The translations under genes were made by a program, and so were the position numbers. Shown here piece after piece: positions 49,295-59,168 of a stretch of DNA of 64,000 nucleotides. Numbering within the stretch: position 1 is the first letter of the stretch; each line of letters starts with the position of its first letter. The notes beneath the pieces were generated by a model. That model saw nothing but the letters and a program-made list of their open reading frames with translations. It was not told where the DNA came from and made no database searches. This stretch comes from Bacillota bacterium (GTDB taxonomy: Bacteria > Bacillota > Sulfobacillia > Fermentithermobacillales > Fermentithermobacillaceae), in assembly GCA_040766225.1 (NCBI GenBank), contig JAXGQX010000005.1:18793-82792 (forward strand). The letters run 5' to 3'.

Positions 49295-51295
49295 ATGGTC
49301 TGGGAGATCACTGCTTTAGTAGGAGGCGGCGTATCAATGGCGGTCGCCGCTTATCTGTATTCCTGGGTCATGGCGCAGACTTCTGAAAGCGACGCGATGA
49401 ACGAGTTTTCCGAAGCCATTCAGGCCGGAGCCGCCGCGTACCTGAAGCGGTTGTTCCAAGCGCTGGCTTTGCTCGCGGTAGCTATCACAGTAGTCATCTC
49501 GGTCGCCATCGGATGGCAGAGCGCCATCGCGTATTTGGTGGGAGCCACCTGCTCTGGGGCCGCGGCCTACACGGGTATGTACGTCGCAACCCGAGCCAAC
49601 GCCAAAGTCGCCTGGGCGGCAAGGTCGGGGATTCAGAAGTCCTTCCCCGTAGGGTTTTATGCTGGAGGCGTGATGGGCCTGTCGGTGGTCGGCCTGGCGC
49701 TCATCGGTATGACGGCATTATACATGATTTTTCAAGACACCGAAGTGATACTGGGCTTCAGTTTCGGTGCCAGCTCACTGGCCCTCTTAGCTAAGGCGGG
49801 CGGCGGAATCTTCACCAAGACAGCCGACATCGGCGCCGACCTGGTGGGCAAAGTCGAGTTCGACTTGGACGAAGACGACCCACGTAACCCCGCCGTTATC
49901 GCTGACAACGTGGGCGACAACGTTGGGGACGTCGCGGGAGTCGGGGCTGACATATTTGACTCGTACGTGGCGTCGGTAGTAGCGGTTATGGTGCTGGGCT
50001 CAGTGCTTTACACCAAAGAGTTTGTAATCTACCCACTTCTTTTGGGCGCGGGCGGGATCCTGGCCTCGCTCTTCGGAATGATGTTCGTCCGCACCGGCTC
50101 CGGTGGAGACCCCGGCAAGGCTCTCAACACCGGCACCTTAGCCACGACCTTTGCCTTCGCCGGAATCGCTCTCTTGGTCAGCCGGTTGATCGGCGTCCCG
50201 AACCCGTGGGGCATCTTTTATCCGACGGTTTCCGGTTTGGTGGCCGGCATTATCCTGGGGTTCACCTCCGATTACTTTACCGACATCAATAACAAGGCCG
50301 TTCAAAACACGGCGGGCAGCGCCAAGACCGGGCCCGCCATCCTCATCCTGGAGGGCTTCTCCTACGGATTGGTTAGCATCGTTCCTTCGATCCTCGGCAT
50401 CGCCGGCGCCATGGTAGCGGCTTGGATCACTGCCGAGAAGTTCGGCGTCGCCGGGACCTACGGCGTATCCATAGCCGCGGTCGGGATGCTGTCGATCACC
50501 GGGATGATCGTATCAGCCGACGCGTACGGTCCTATCGTCGACAACGCCAAGGGGTGCGCCGAGGCCGCTCATGAGAGCGAGGAGACCATCCGCGTATGCG
50601 ACAAGCTGGATGCCGCGGGTAACACAGCCAAAGCCATCACCAAGGGGTTCGCCATCGGCGCCGCCGCTTTGACAGTTCTGGCGCTATTCTCGGCGTACTC
50701 CGAGACCGTTGGGATCCCGGCCCTTGACCTGAAGAACCCCGGCGTCGTCGTGGGCCTTTTCATAGGCTCGATGATGCCGCCGTTTTTCTCGGCTCTGACC
50801 ATCCTTTCGGTGGGGCGCAACGCGTTTATGATGGTCGAGGAAATCCGCCGGCAATTTAGGGAGATACCCGGGCTAGTGGAAGGAAAAGTTAAGCCCGATA
50901 GCAACCGCTGCGTGGATATCGCCACTCGCGGTGCCCTAAGAGAACTGGTGCTCCCCGGCTCTCTGGCGCTTTTCGCGCCGGTGGCCGTAGGGATGCTCCT
51001 AGGAGCGGAGGCCCTTGGAGGATTCCTCGCCGGTTCCATCGTAACCGGCATCATCTTCGCTCTGTTCATGGCTAACGCCGGCGGCTTGTGGGATAACGCC
51101 AAGAAGTTCATCGAGGACGGCGCTCACGGCGGAAAAGGCTCTGAGGCACACAAGGCCGCCGTCGTCGGAGACACTGTCGGAGACCCGTTCAAGGACACTG
51201 CGGGTCCGTCCATTAACACTTTGATTACCGTGATGTGCCTAATCGCGAACCTGTTCGGGTCAGTGATAGTCAAGTTCGGGCTGTTCAGGTTGTAG
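49295..51295 (+). CDS. hppA: Membrane-bound ion-translocating pyrophosphatase
   Basis: GGGIFTKTADIGADLVGKVE, EDDPRNPAVIADNVGDNVGD, DAYGPIVDNA, GNTAKA, GDTVGDPFKDTAGPS. Confidence 0.96.
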   Translation: MVWEITALVGGGVSMAVAAYLYSWVMAQTSESDAMNEFSEAIQAGAAAYLKRLFQALALLAVAITVVISVAIGWQSAIAYLVGATCSGAAAYTGMYVATRANAKVAWAARSGIQKSFPVGFYAGGVMGLSVVGLALIGMTALYMIFQDTEVILGFSFGASSLALLAKAGGGIFTKTADIGADLVGKVEFDLDEDDPRNPAVIADNVGDNVGDVAGVGADIFDSYVASVVAVMVLGSVLYTKEFVIYPLLLGAGGILASLFGMMFVRTGSGGDPGKALNTGTLATTFAFAGIALLVSRLIGVPNPWGIFYPTVSGLVAGIILGFTSDYFTDINNKAVQNTAGSAKTGPAILILEGFSYGLVSIVPSILGIAGAMVAAWITAEKFGVAGTYGVSIAAVGMLSITGMIVSADAYGPIVDNAKGCAEAAHESEETIRVCDKLDAAGNTAKAITKGFAIGAAALTVLALFSAYSETVGIPALDLKNPGVVVGLFIGSMMPPFFSALTILSVGRNAFMMVEEIRRQFREIPGLVEGKVKPDSNRCVDIATRGALRELVLPGSLALFAPVAVGMLLGAEALGGFLAGSIVTGIIFALFMANAGGLWDNAKKFIEDGAHGGKGSEAHKAAVVGDTVGDPFKDTAGPSINTLITVMCLIANLFGSVIVKFGLFRL

Positions 51296-51417
51296 GCTAA
51301 CGCCGCACAGGTTAGGGCCGGAACAGCAGTGCGACGACCACGCTACAGCCACGGACGGTAGCGGACCGTAGCGAACGTTAATGGAAAGCGGCAACAGGGT
51401 CCGGCATATATGACATA

Positions 51418-51451
51418 AGAAGAGGGTCCCGAAGAACCGGGACCCTCTTTT
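51418..51451. terminator. Bidirectional terminator between convergent hppA and serS
   Basis: AAGAGGGTCCCG-aagaac-CGGGACCCTCTTTT. Confidence 0.8.
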
Positions 51452-51464
51452 GCGCCCTTGTGGT

Positions 51465-52733
<1,269 letters not shown>

Positions 52734-52752
52734 GGCTAAAACCTCCCGCACA

Positions 52753-53007
52753 TAAATAAGGAGCAGGCCATCTCCAAGGACGAGATTGACCTGCTCTCGT
52801 GGTGCCACCTTGATTTGCGGACAGCAGACCTGCTCACGGGCTACTTTCCGCCTCATAACGCCTCTAACGGAGCGTCCGTCGCGGTATACTGGGAAGTCAT
52901 CTGTTCCACCGCGAGACTAGTGCTCTACCGGGCATTGCGCCGTCGCCTCGCACCGTCCGGCGACTCTCTTTGGACTCCTGCCGGGATATGTCCCCCTCAA
53001 CGGCTTT
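52753..53007 (-). promoter_or_regulatory. T-box riboswitch upstream of serS
   Basis: AGAGAG and GGTGCGA stem I boxes, CCGTTA stem IIA/B, T-box AATCAAGGTGGCACCACG (52815-52798), terminator GAGCAGGTC..GGCCTGCTCCTTATTT. Confidence 0.88.
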
Positions 53008-53182
53008 GAAAGACTATAACATATCCTAACCCCGTTGTTAAATGATAATCGGGCGGGGATACCATAAACATGATCAAGAGAACCGTACGTCACAGGAAAC
53101 GCCCCACTCTACCGAGAAGTTCCGCTCGCTCCACTCATATCCTGTTTGGAAGGAACAAATGGGGACTGCTGGGAGGATACGC

Positions 53183-55105
53183 ATGGGATTTCGCAAGGCC
53201 CTTCCGTACATCGCCGTATACTTGGTGGCGGCGCTCTCCATACCGATGTTCTTCGCTTCCGCGTGGCTGAAACCGGTGCCGGAACTACGCGACCTGTACG
53301 ACGGGCCGCAGTCCTTCTCTGGCGACCGTGCATACTCCCTGCTCGAAACGCTGGTTACCCTGCACCCCAACCGGGATGTAGGAACAGCCGGCGCCCGACT
53401 CTCATCCGAGTGGGTCCTTCAGCGATTCGAATCACTCGGCCTGGACGCAGAGATTGAGGCATTCGACGCCCTTGTCAGGGATACTACTGTGCGCCCCGAC
53501 CGGGTCTTTGCCTCGCCGATCACCGCCCTTACCTACACCGTCCCCGGCTACAACGTGGTGGCGAAGAGCCCTGGAAAGAGCGATGAGGTGATCCTCATCG
53601 GCGCTCACAGAGACACCTACTCCACAATCCAAGGGGCGGAGGACAACGCCAGCGGAACAGCATGCATGCTGGAACTCGCTAGCCTGTTGACGTCCGAGGA
53701 GCACCACTACACCTATCTCTTCGTCTCCTTCGACGGCGAAGAAGTGGGACTAAGGGGTTCCACCCATTTCGCTGAAACCCACGCCAATCTCGATCTCCGG
53801 TTAGCGATTTCCCTGGATATGACGGGATTTGCGGATGCCGATACAGTCGGATTCTACCCCTTTGTGTCGTCTCGCGGCGCGTCTCCTCTCTGGACCCAGG
53901 CCTTGGCGCGGTCCATCTGCGCCGACATGGGCTTACATCCCTATTGGTTTCAAGGACTCGCGTCGAGCCCGTACGACACCGCCTTCACCCGCTTCCGGCA
54001 GGCTAGGCTCCAACGTACCACCGTCTATGTGCCGACAGATTCCGGCCCGTTCGTGGACCGGAACCTCCCATCCATCGGAGTGATGGCGGGACTCACCGGT
54101 GAAACATTCTTCGCCGGAGGCAACAGCCAAAGGGAAATCCACACTGATCGAGATGCGTTGCAAAACGTCAGCGCTGCGACGCTGTCCATGGTAGGCAGTT
54201 TCGTTGAGCGGTACGTCAAGAGCATGGAGCTACACGCTAGGCCGGGCGCTGAACCCAATGCTCTCTCTGGGGAATTTTCAAGCAACCTCTACCTTATAAC
54301 CGGAGACGAACTCCTGGGCGCTCTCCCAATGACGGCCTTCGCCTGGACTGTGCCAACACTGGCAGCAGCGCTCGCTCTGGCTTCATGGTTTGGCGCGGGC
54401 GCCGCAAGGAGAGGTATGCTCCGGTTCGTGGCCAAAGAGGCGATTTGGCTGGGAGCAATAGGGGTGGCGTCCTTCGCTTCGGCCTATGTCGCGGGAAACC
54501 CGCAGCTGTTCCTCCACTATAGCCTCTCGAGCGTGCATTTGTCGTGGATGCTCGCGACGTTGGTTTCCACGGGATTCATCTGTTATCTGCGTTTCCGGGC
54601 GCTTTCAAGCCGCGGCGGTCGATTCCACGGTGGTGGCCTCCGCAACCAAGCTGGCAGCCAAGCCGGCGGCCAACCAGGTAGCCAACACGGCAACCGATCA
54701 GACGCCGGTTATGCGGACAAATCCAGGGCCACCTCAATCGATAAGGCTCCCAGTTCCCGTTTTCAATGTGAATGCGCTAGGCAAAAAGCGCTGCTCACCT
54801 GGATGTACGCCGCCATTGCGGGAGCATTGGTCATAGCCGGAAACCCGTTCTCGGCGATGTGGAGCATGCTATTCCCCGTGTTCTTCTTGGGACGGGTGGA
54901 TTATCGAAGAGCCGAGTCGCGGGTTCTCTTCGGTCTCGCCGCGCTCATATGGACCGTACGCTTTGTCGGATCACGAAACACCCTGCTACAGTACGTCTTC
55001 TATCCGCCCACCATGCGGATGATCGCATCCTCCGCGCTCGGTACCGCAGCGTGGATGGCCTCGGTCGTTTATATCCTGGTGGTTCCGCCCAGGGAGGCAC
55101 GGTAA
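53183..55105 (+). CDS. M28-family metallopeptidase with a C-terminal multi-TM domain
   Basis: IGAHRD, GAEDNASG, FDGEEVGLRGS, SLDM, TDSGPF, IHTDRD; N-terminal anchor and about six or more C-terminal TM segments. Confidence 0.88.
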   Translation: MGFRKALPYIAVYLVAALSIPMFFASAWLKPVPELRDLYDGPQSFSGDRAYSLLETLVTLHPNRDVGTAGARLSSEWVLQRFESLGLDAEIEAFDALVRDTTVRPDRVFASPITALTYTVPGYNVVAKSPGKSDEVILIGAHRDTYSTIQGAEDNASGTACMLELASLLTSEEHHYTYLFVSFDGEEVGLRGSTHFAETHANLDLRLAISLDMTGFADADTVGFYPFVSSRGASPLWTQALARSICADMGLHPYWFQGLASSPYDTAFTRFRQARLQRTTVYVPTDSGPFVDRNLPSIGVMAGLTGETFFAGGNSQREIHTDRDALQNVSAATLSMVGSFVERYVKSMELHARPGAEPNALSGEFSSNLYLITGDELLGALPMTAFAWTVPTLAAALALASWFGAGAARRGMLRFVAKEAIWLGAIGVASFASAYVAGNPQLFLHYSLSSVHLSWMLATLVSTGFICYLRFRALSSRGGRFHGGGLRNQAGSQAGGQPGSQHGNRSDAGYADKSRATSIDKAPSSRFQCECARQKALLTWMYAAIAGALVIAGNPFSAMWSMLFPVFFLGRVDYRRAESRVLFGLAALIWTVRFVGSRNTLLQYVFYPPTMRMIASSALGTAAWMASVVYILVVPPREAR

Positions 55106-55153
55106 CCGCCTACGTCGCCAAGCGCGTACTCCGCCACCCGGATCGATGATCGA

Positions 55154-55326
55154 CCAGTGGGGATAATCTCCGCACTGACCCAGACCAATGGGGATAATCT
55201 CCGCACTGACCCAGTCCAGCGGGGACAATCTCCGCACTGCCCCAAGCCAGTGGGGACAATCTCCGCATTGACCCAGACCAATGGGGAAAATCTCCGCACT
55301 GACCCAGTCCAGTGGGGATAATCTCC
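55154..55326. repeat. 31-bp palindromic tandem repeat, about 5.6 copies, no spacers
   Basis: Unit CCAGTGGGGATAATCTCCGCACTGACCCAGA starts at 55154, 55185, 55216, 55247, 55278 and 55309. Confidence 0.95.
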
Positions 55327-55554
55327 ACGCAACCGGGGAATCCCCACTCACGCAACCGAGTGGGGGATTTTCTCCCCACTACCGCCAACAACCGCTAGAC
55401 ACCGGTAGCCCGCTCTTCGAACCTCTCTCCGCAGGCGCCGAAGTTCCGTCTTCGCACGCCTTCCGGACGGCCGCTCCTTAGCGCTCCGTTCCAACGCTAG
55501 GATGGATTTCACGTAGGAGTGCTGAGTCAGCAGCCGCTTATCGCTTTCAGGCCG

Positions 55555-56943
55555 TCATCCGCTTCTTCCATGGATGAAAGGTCGAGGCAGACGCGGCAAA
55601 AGAGGTACGCGGCGCGGACTTCCCGCTGAAACAAGCCGCTCGCCTGCAGTTCGCGAAGAAGGGCAGAGCCCATGGAATCTGCCGGCCCCCAGGAGCGCCG
55701 ATGCCCTCAGATACTGAGCCTTTGGGCTAGGACCTGCTTCCTCCAGCGCCAAAAGGGCGCGGTCAAACATCCAGGCCGCGCACAGCACTTCCGCCTGAAA
55801 TAGAGGCCCCTTTGCCAACCCCGCGAGGTAATCGACGAAAGATTCTTCCTTTCCACCAGCTCGGAGGGCCCCGCCCATCAGAGTCAGGGCAGATATCCAC
55901 CGGTCGTTGGCTTCGTAGTTTTTTCGGAACTCCGGGCGGCATCTGGTCTTGCCCAGGCAGAGATTTACTCGTCCCAAAGCGAACCGGCTCTTGTAGGTTC
56001 CGATGCCGGCATCTGCCGCGGCGAAAGGCGGGACAGGAGCATTTCCCACTTCCACGCAACAACAGAAAAGTGATTTCGCCTGTTCATATTGCTCCAAGTC
56101 CAGATGCGCCAATCCGGCAGTGTAGTAGAGGTCTGTGAAACCCGGATACAGGTCGAGCCCGCGCTCTGCAACGACGATTGCTTTCTCGGGTTCACGTAGG
56201 CGGAGCAGGATAGTGGCCCAGGTCTTGTACAACTTGCAGCCCCAGGCTGGGTTTCCCACCAGCCCCAGGCCAGACCGCTCAAACTCTGATGCGGCTTCCT
56301 CCAGCCTCCCCAGCCTGAACAACTCGACGCCAAGGTTGAAGCGGCAGAATGCGTCGTCGGGCTGCCGGCTTACGGCTTCCTTGGCCATTTCGAAATTGCG
56401 AGTCTTCTTGGCCTTCCGCTCGACAAAAGAATCCATGTAGCCCAAGTGGTCTAGCGCGATTTCGGTGGCAAAGATGGATTCGGGCGCTATCTTCTGAACA
56501 GAGGGTCCTATCTGTTCGTGGATTAGCCCGGTGAAGCGATAGTCGGGCCGGTTCCGAAACATGCGCAAAGCAGCCGAGATTTCCTTTTCGCTGCCGTCGC
56601 CAACGTAGTTCACGATTTTCACCAGACACGCCTCGGCACCGCTCTGCATGGCTCTGCGGATGTGGCGCCTAGACTCGGGTCGGAGCCGTTCATCGGCGTC
56701 AAGGACCAGAATCCATCCGCACGTCGCATTGTCCAGGGATGCGTTGCGGGCAGCGGAGAAATCCCCTGTCCACCTTCTCTTTATTACGCGTGCGCCTAGA
56801 CTGGAGGCCACATCGCAGGTTCGATCACGGGATCCAGTATCAACGACCACGATCTCTGAAGCGACTTCTTTGACGCTCAGAATGGCTGGTCCGATGCAGT
56901 CTTCTTCGTCCCTGGCTATCATGCAAACGCTAAGGTCCGCCAT
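55555..56943 (-). CDS. GT2 glycosyltransferase with TPR repeats (C-terminus frameshifted, probably extends to about 55395)
   Basis: LSVCMIARDEE, VDTGSRD, DFSAARN, LDADE, GLIHEQ, HLGY, then TPR helices. Confidence 0.88.
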   Translation of the reverse strand: MADLSVCMIARDEEDCIGPAILSVKEVASEIVVVDTGSRDRTCDVASSLGARVIKRRWTGDFSAARNASLDNATCGWILVLDADERLRPESRRHIRRAMQSGAEACLVKIVNYVGDGSEKEISAALRMFRNRPDYRFTGLIHEQIGPSVQKIAPESIFATEIALDHLGYMDSFVERKAKKTRNFEMAKEAVSRQPDDAFCRFNLGVELFRLGRLEEAASEFERSGLGLVGNPAWGCKLYKTWATILLRLREPEKAIVVAERGLDLYPGFTDLYYTAGLAHLDLEQYEQAKSLFCCCVEVGNAPVPPFAAADAGIGTYKSRFALGRVNLCLGKTRCRPEFRKNYEANDRWISALTLMGGALRAGGKEESFVDYLAGLAKGPLFQAEVLCAAWMFDRALLALEEAGPSPKAQYLRASALLGAGRFHGLCPSSRTAGERLVSAGSPRRVPLLPRLPRPFIHGRSG

Positions 56944-57067
56944 CCTAGGCCTCCTTCCGCCGGGACGTGAAGCTAATCGGGTCAGGACGGACGCGTACTG
57001 GGACTGAGGGTGTTCGACAGTTCAGTGTATGTGGGGCGTGGTTTACGGGTCACAGGTTATGTCGAGA

Positions 57068-57487
57068 CTAATCATGCGGCTTTACGCGGTCTTGCATCGC
57101 CTGGAGGATCGCTTGAGTCACCTGGAAAGCGGCTTTGGCCTCTTCCATAGTGACTTTGTCCGGAGGGTGCGCCCCCTCATCTCCCCATGCCTTAACCATG
57201 CGTGCAGCTTCGTAGAGGTCGTCGGCTATCAAGTGGTTCTCTTTGAGGTAATCCAGTTGGGGGCCGGTTGTTGTGTCGTCCTTGGCACCGCTAGAAATCG
57301 CCAATCTGCTGACCAAACGCCGGCACATCATCGCCGCGGCGTTGGGCGCCTGGGCTTCTATGCACGCTTTGGCTTCGTAGAAATCCTCCTGGATGCTCTT
57401 GGGCAGGTCGTTCTCGTTCAGCGAAACGTCGGCGACACCCTGTCCGTCCTGCAAACTTCCGTCCTTGCCCTCTTCCTTCTCTCCCAC
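57068..57487 (-). CDS. DUF4145 (HEPN superfamily) protein
   Basis: IQEDFYEAKAC...NAAAMMCRRLV...LDYLKENHLI...MVKAWGDEGAH. Confidence 0.75.
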   Translation of the reverse strand: MGEKEEGKDGSLQDGQGVADVSLNENDLPKSIQEDFYEAKACIEAQAPNAAAMMCRRLVSRLAISSGAKDDTTTGPQLDYLKENHLIADDLYEAARMVKAWGDEGAHPPDKVTMEEAKAAFQVTQAILQAMQDRVKPHD

Positions 57488-57590
57488 TGTGGTTGCCTCC
57501 TAACGAATTGACTGAAGCCAGATGGTCGCCTCACTTAACCAGTGATGCAACCATACCTACTGCTTCAGCATTTCCAATAGGAGGACATCG

Positions 57591-58739
57591 TTACACTACA
57601 GATGGCTCGACTCTGTAATCTCCTCTCGCGAATCGCGAGAGATCAAGGTCGTCGATATCGATGGACGGCCTTCTACCGCAAATCAGTTCGGCCATGAGTT
57701 GCCCGACGATGGGAGCAAGCATGAAGCCGTGGCCGCTGAAACCGACCGCGTGGTAGTACCCGTCTAGTCCGGGCACAGTCCCCAGGATCGGATGCGCGTC
57801 GGGGCTTACGGTATATAGCCCCGACCACTGCCGTACCACGCGGACATCCTCCAGTAGCGGCAAGAGCGAGCACATCACCCTGGAAATCTTGTGCAGGAAC
57901 TCCCAGCTGTGGCCTATATCATAGCCTTTAGGCTCCCTCGGATCGCCCATGCCCATCACCAGCGAGCCGTGAGGGGTCTGCTGGCAGTAGATGCCCTTGG
58001 AAAACGACATTATCATGGGATCCAAGAACCAACCTACAGGTTCCGTCACCAGTATCTGATGCCTTTGCGTGTAGAGGGGCAAATCCACGCCGACCATCTC
58101 CCCGATCTTCGCGGCCGACGGCCCCGCAGCGTTCACAACCACGGGCGTTTTCACCTCGCCCCTGTCCGTAAGAACCGAGGCGATTCGTCCTTGAGCTACC
58201 CGAATGCCGGTCACTTCCGTGAAGAAGTTGACCTCGCCACCTAGCCTCTCGGCCGCCTTCAGGTATGCCCGAGTGACGTGGAATGGATTGGCGTGGCCGT
58301 CGCGAGCGTTGAAGGCGGCCCCGTACATGCCTTGTATATTCAGTGCCGGGACAATTTCCAGCGCCTGGTCGGGGGTAAGCAACCGCGAGTTTATCCCTAA
58401 GGAGTTTTGGAGTCTCACATTCTTCTGGATTTGCGCCCACTCTGTTTCAGTATGGGCGACCATCAGATACCCCTTTTGCTTGAACTCCAGTGGGTGGTCG
58501 TATCCCAGTTCAGCTTGGAGTCCCTCGAACATATCTATGGACGCTTGCGCCAACTTGCAGTTACCGACAGAGCCCCACTGCTCTCGCACGCCGGCGCCGC
58601 AGCGTCCGGTGGACCCGTCAGCGAAAGTCGTCTTCTCGCACAAGACGACATCCCTCATTCCCAGCTTCAGGAGGTAGTAAGCAAGCGCCGAACCGACGAC
58701 GCCACTGCCCACTACAACTACATCCGCCGATGCCCTCAC
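57591..58739 (-). CDS. FAD-dependent amino-acid oxidoreductase (sarcosine oxidase beta / proline dehydrogenase beta-like)
   Basis: VVVGSGVVG, GSTGRCGAGVR, RQWSGLY..SPDAHPILG, GFSGHGFMLAP. Confidence 0.9.
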   Translation of the reverse strand: MRASADVVVVGSGVVGSALAYYLLKLGMRDVVLCEKTTFADGSTGRCGAGVREQWGSVGNCKLAQASIDMFEGLQAELGYDHPLEFKQKGYLMVAHTETEWAQIQKNVRLQNSLGINSRLLTPDQALEIVPALNIQGMYGAAFNARDGHANPFHVTRAYLKAAERLGGEVNFFTEVTGIRVAQGRIASVLTDRGEVKTPVVVNAAGPSAAKIGEMVGVDLPLYTQRHQILVTEPVGWFLDPMIMSFSKGIYCQQTPHGSLVMGMGDPREPKGYDIGHSWEFLHKISRVMCSLLPLLEDVRVVRQWSGLYTVSPDAHPILGTVPGLDGYYHAVGFSGHGFMLAPIVGQLMAELICGRRPSIDIDDLDLSRFARGDYRVEPSVV

Positions 58740-59065
58740 TCGTCCTCACCGCCCCGAGGGTCTTGGTGGCTGAAAACCTTTTCGTACGCTCTTGCCAAGT
58801 CACCCATCTTCACCGGTCTATTGGGCGGTCGAAAAGTCGAAGGGATGACCTCGGCGATGGACATGCCTTTAGCTCGAGCGAGTTCTTGCGCTACCAGCAA
58901 CCGACAAGTGCGCCCCTGGCACGGCCCCATCCCCGCCCTGGTGATGCGCCTTATCTCGTCGAACGTGGTCGCTCCTTCACGGATGGCCTTGCGGATCTCG
59001 CCAAGCGTGACATCTTCGCAGCGGCAGACTACGACCTCGTCCGTTTTGGAACTGGGCATAGACAC
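58736..59065 (-). CDS. BFD-like [2Fe-2S]-binding subunit
   Basis: VVCRCEDVT...TRAGMGPCQGRTC...RPPNRP. Confidence 0.9.
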   Translation of the reverse strand: MSMPSSKTDEVVVCRCEDVTLGEIRKAIREGATTFDEIRRITRAGMGPCQGRTCRLLVAQELARAKGMSIAEVIPSTFRPPNRPVKMGDLARAYEKVFSHQDPRGGEDE

Positions 59066-59168
59066 TGCAGAACCCCTCCTAACACCGGCCCCGCAGCCGG
59101 ATCGCGCTGGACTGAACCGAACGACCTGGACCGAACGAGACCGCCATTCACAGCCCTTCGCATTCCGG

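Noticed and set aside
55154-55326. Possible CRISPR array
   Set aside because: The units are contiguous with only an 8-nt near-constant linker; there are no unique spacers and no cas genes in the window.
54986-55391. ORFs spanning the 31-bp array
   Set aside because: The period is not a multiple of three and the peptides simply cycle through the repeat's frames.
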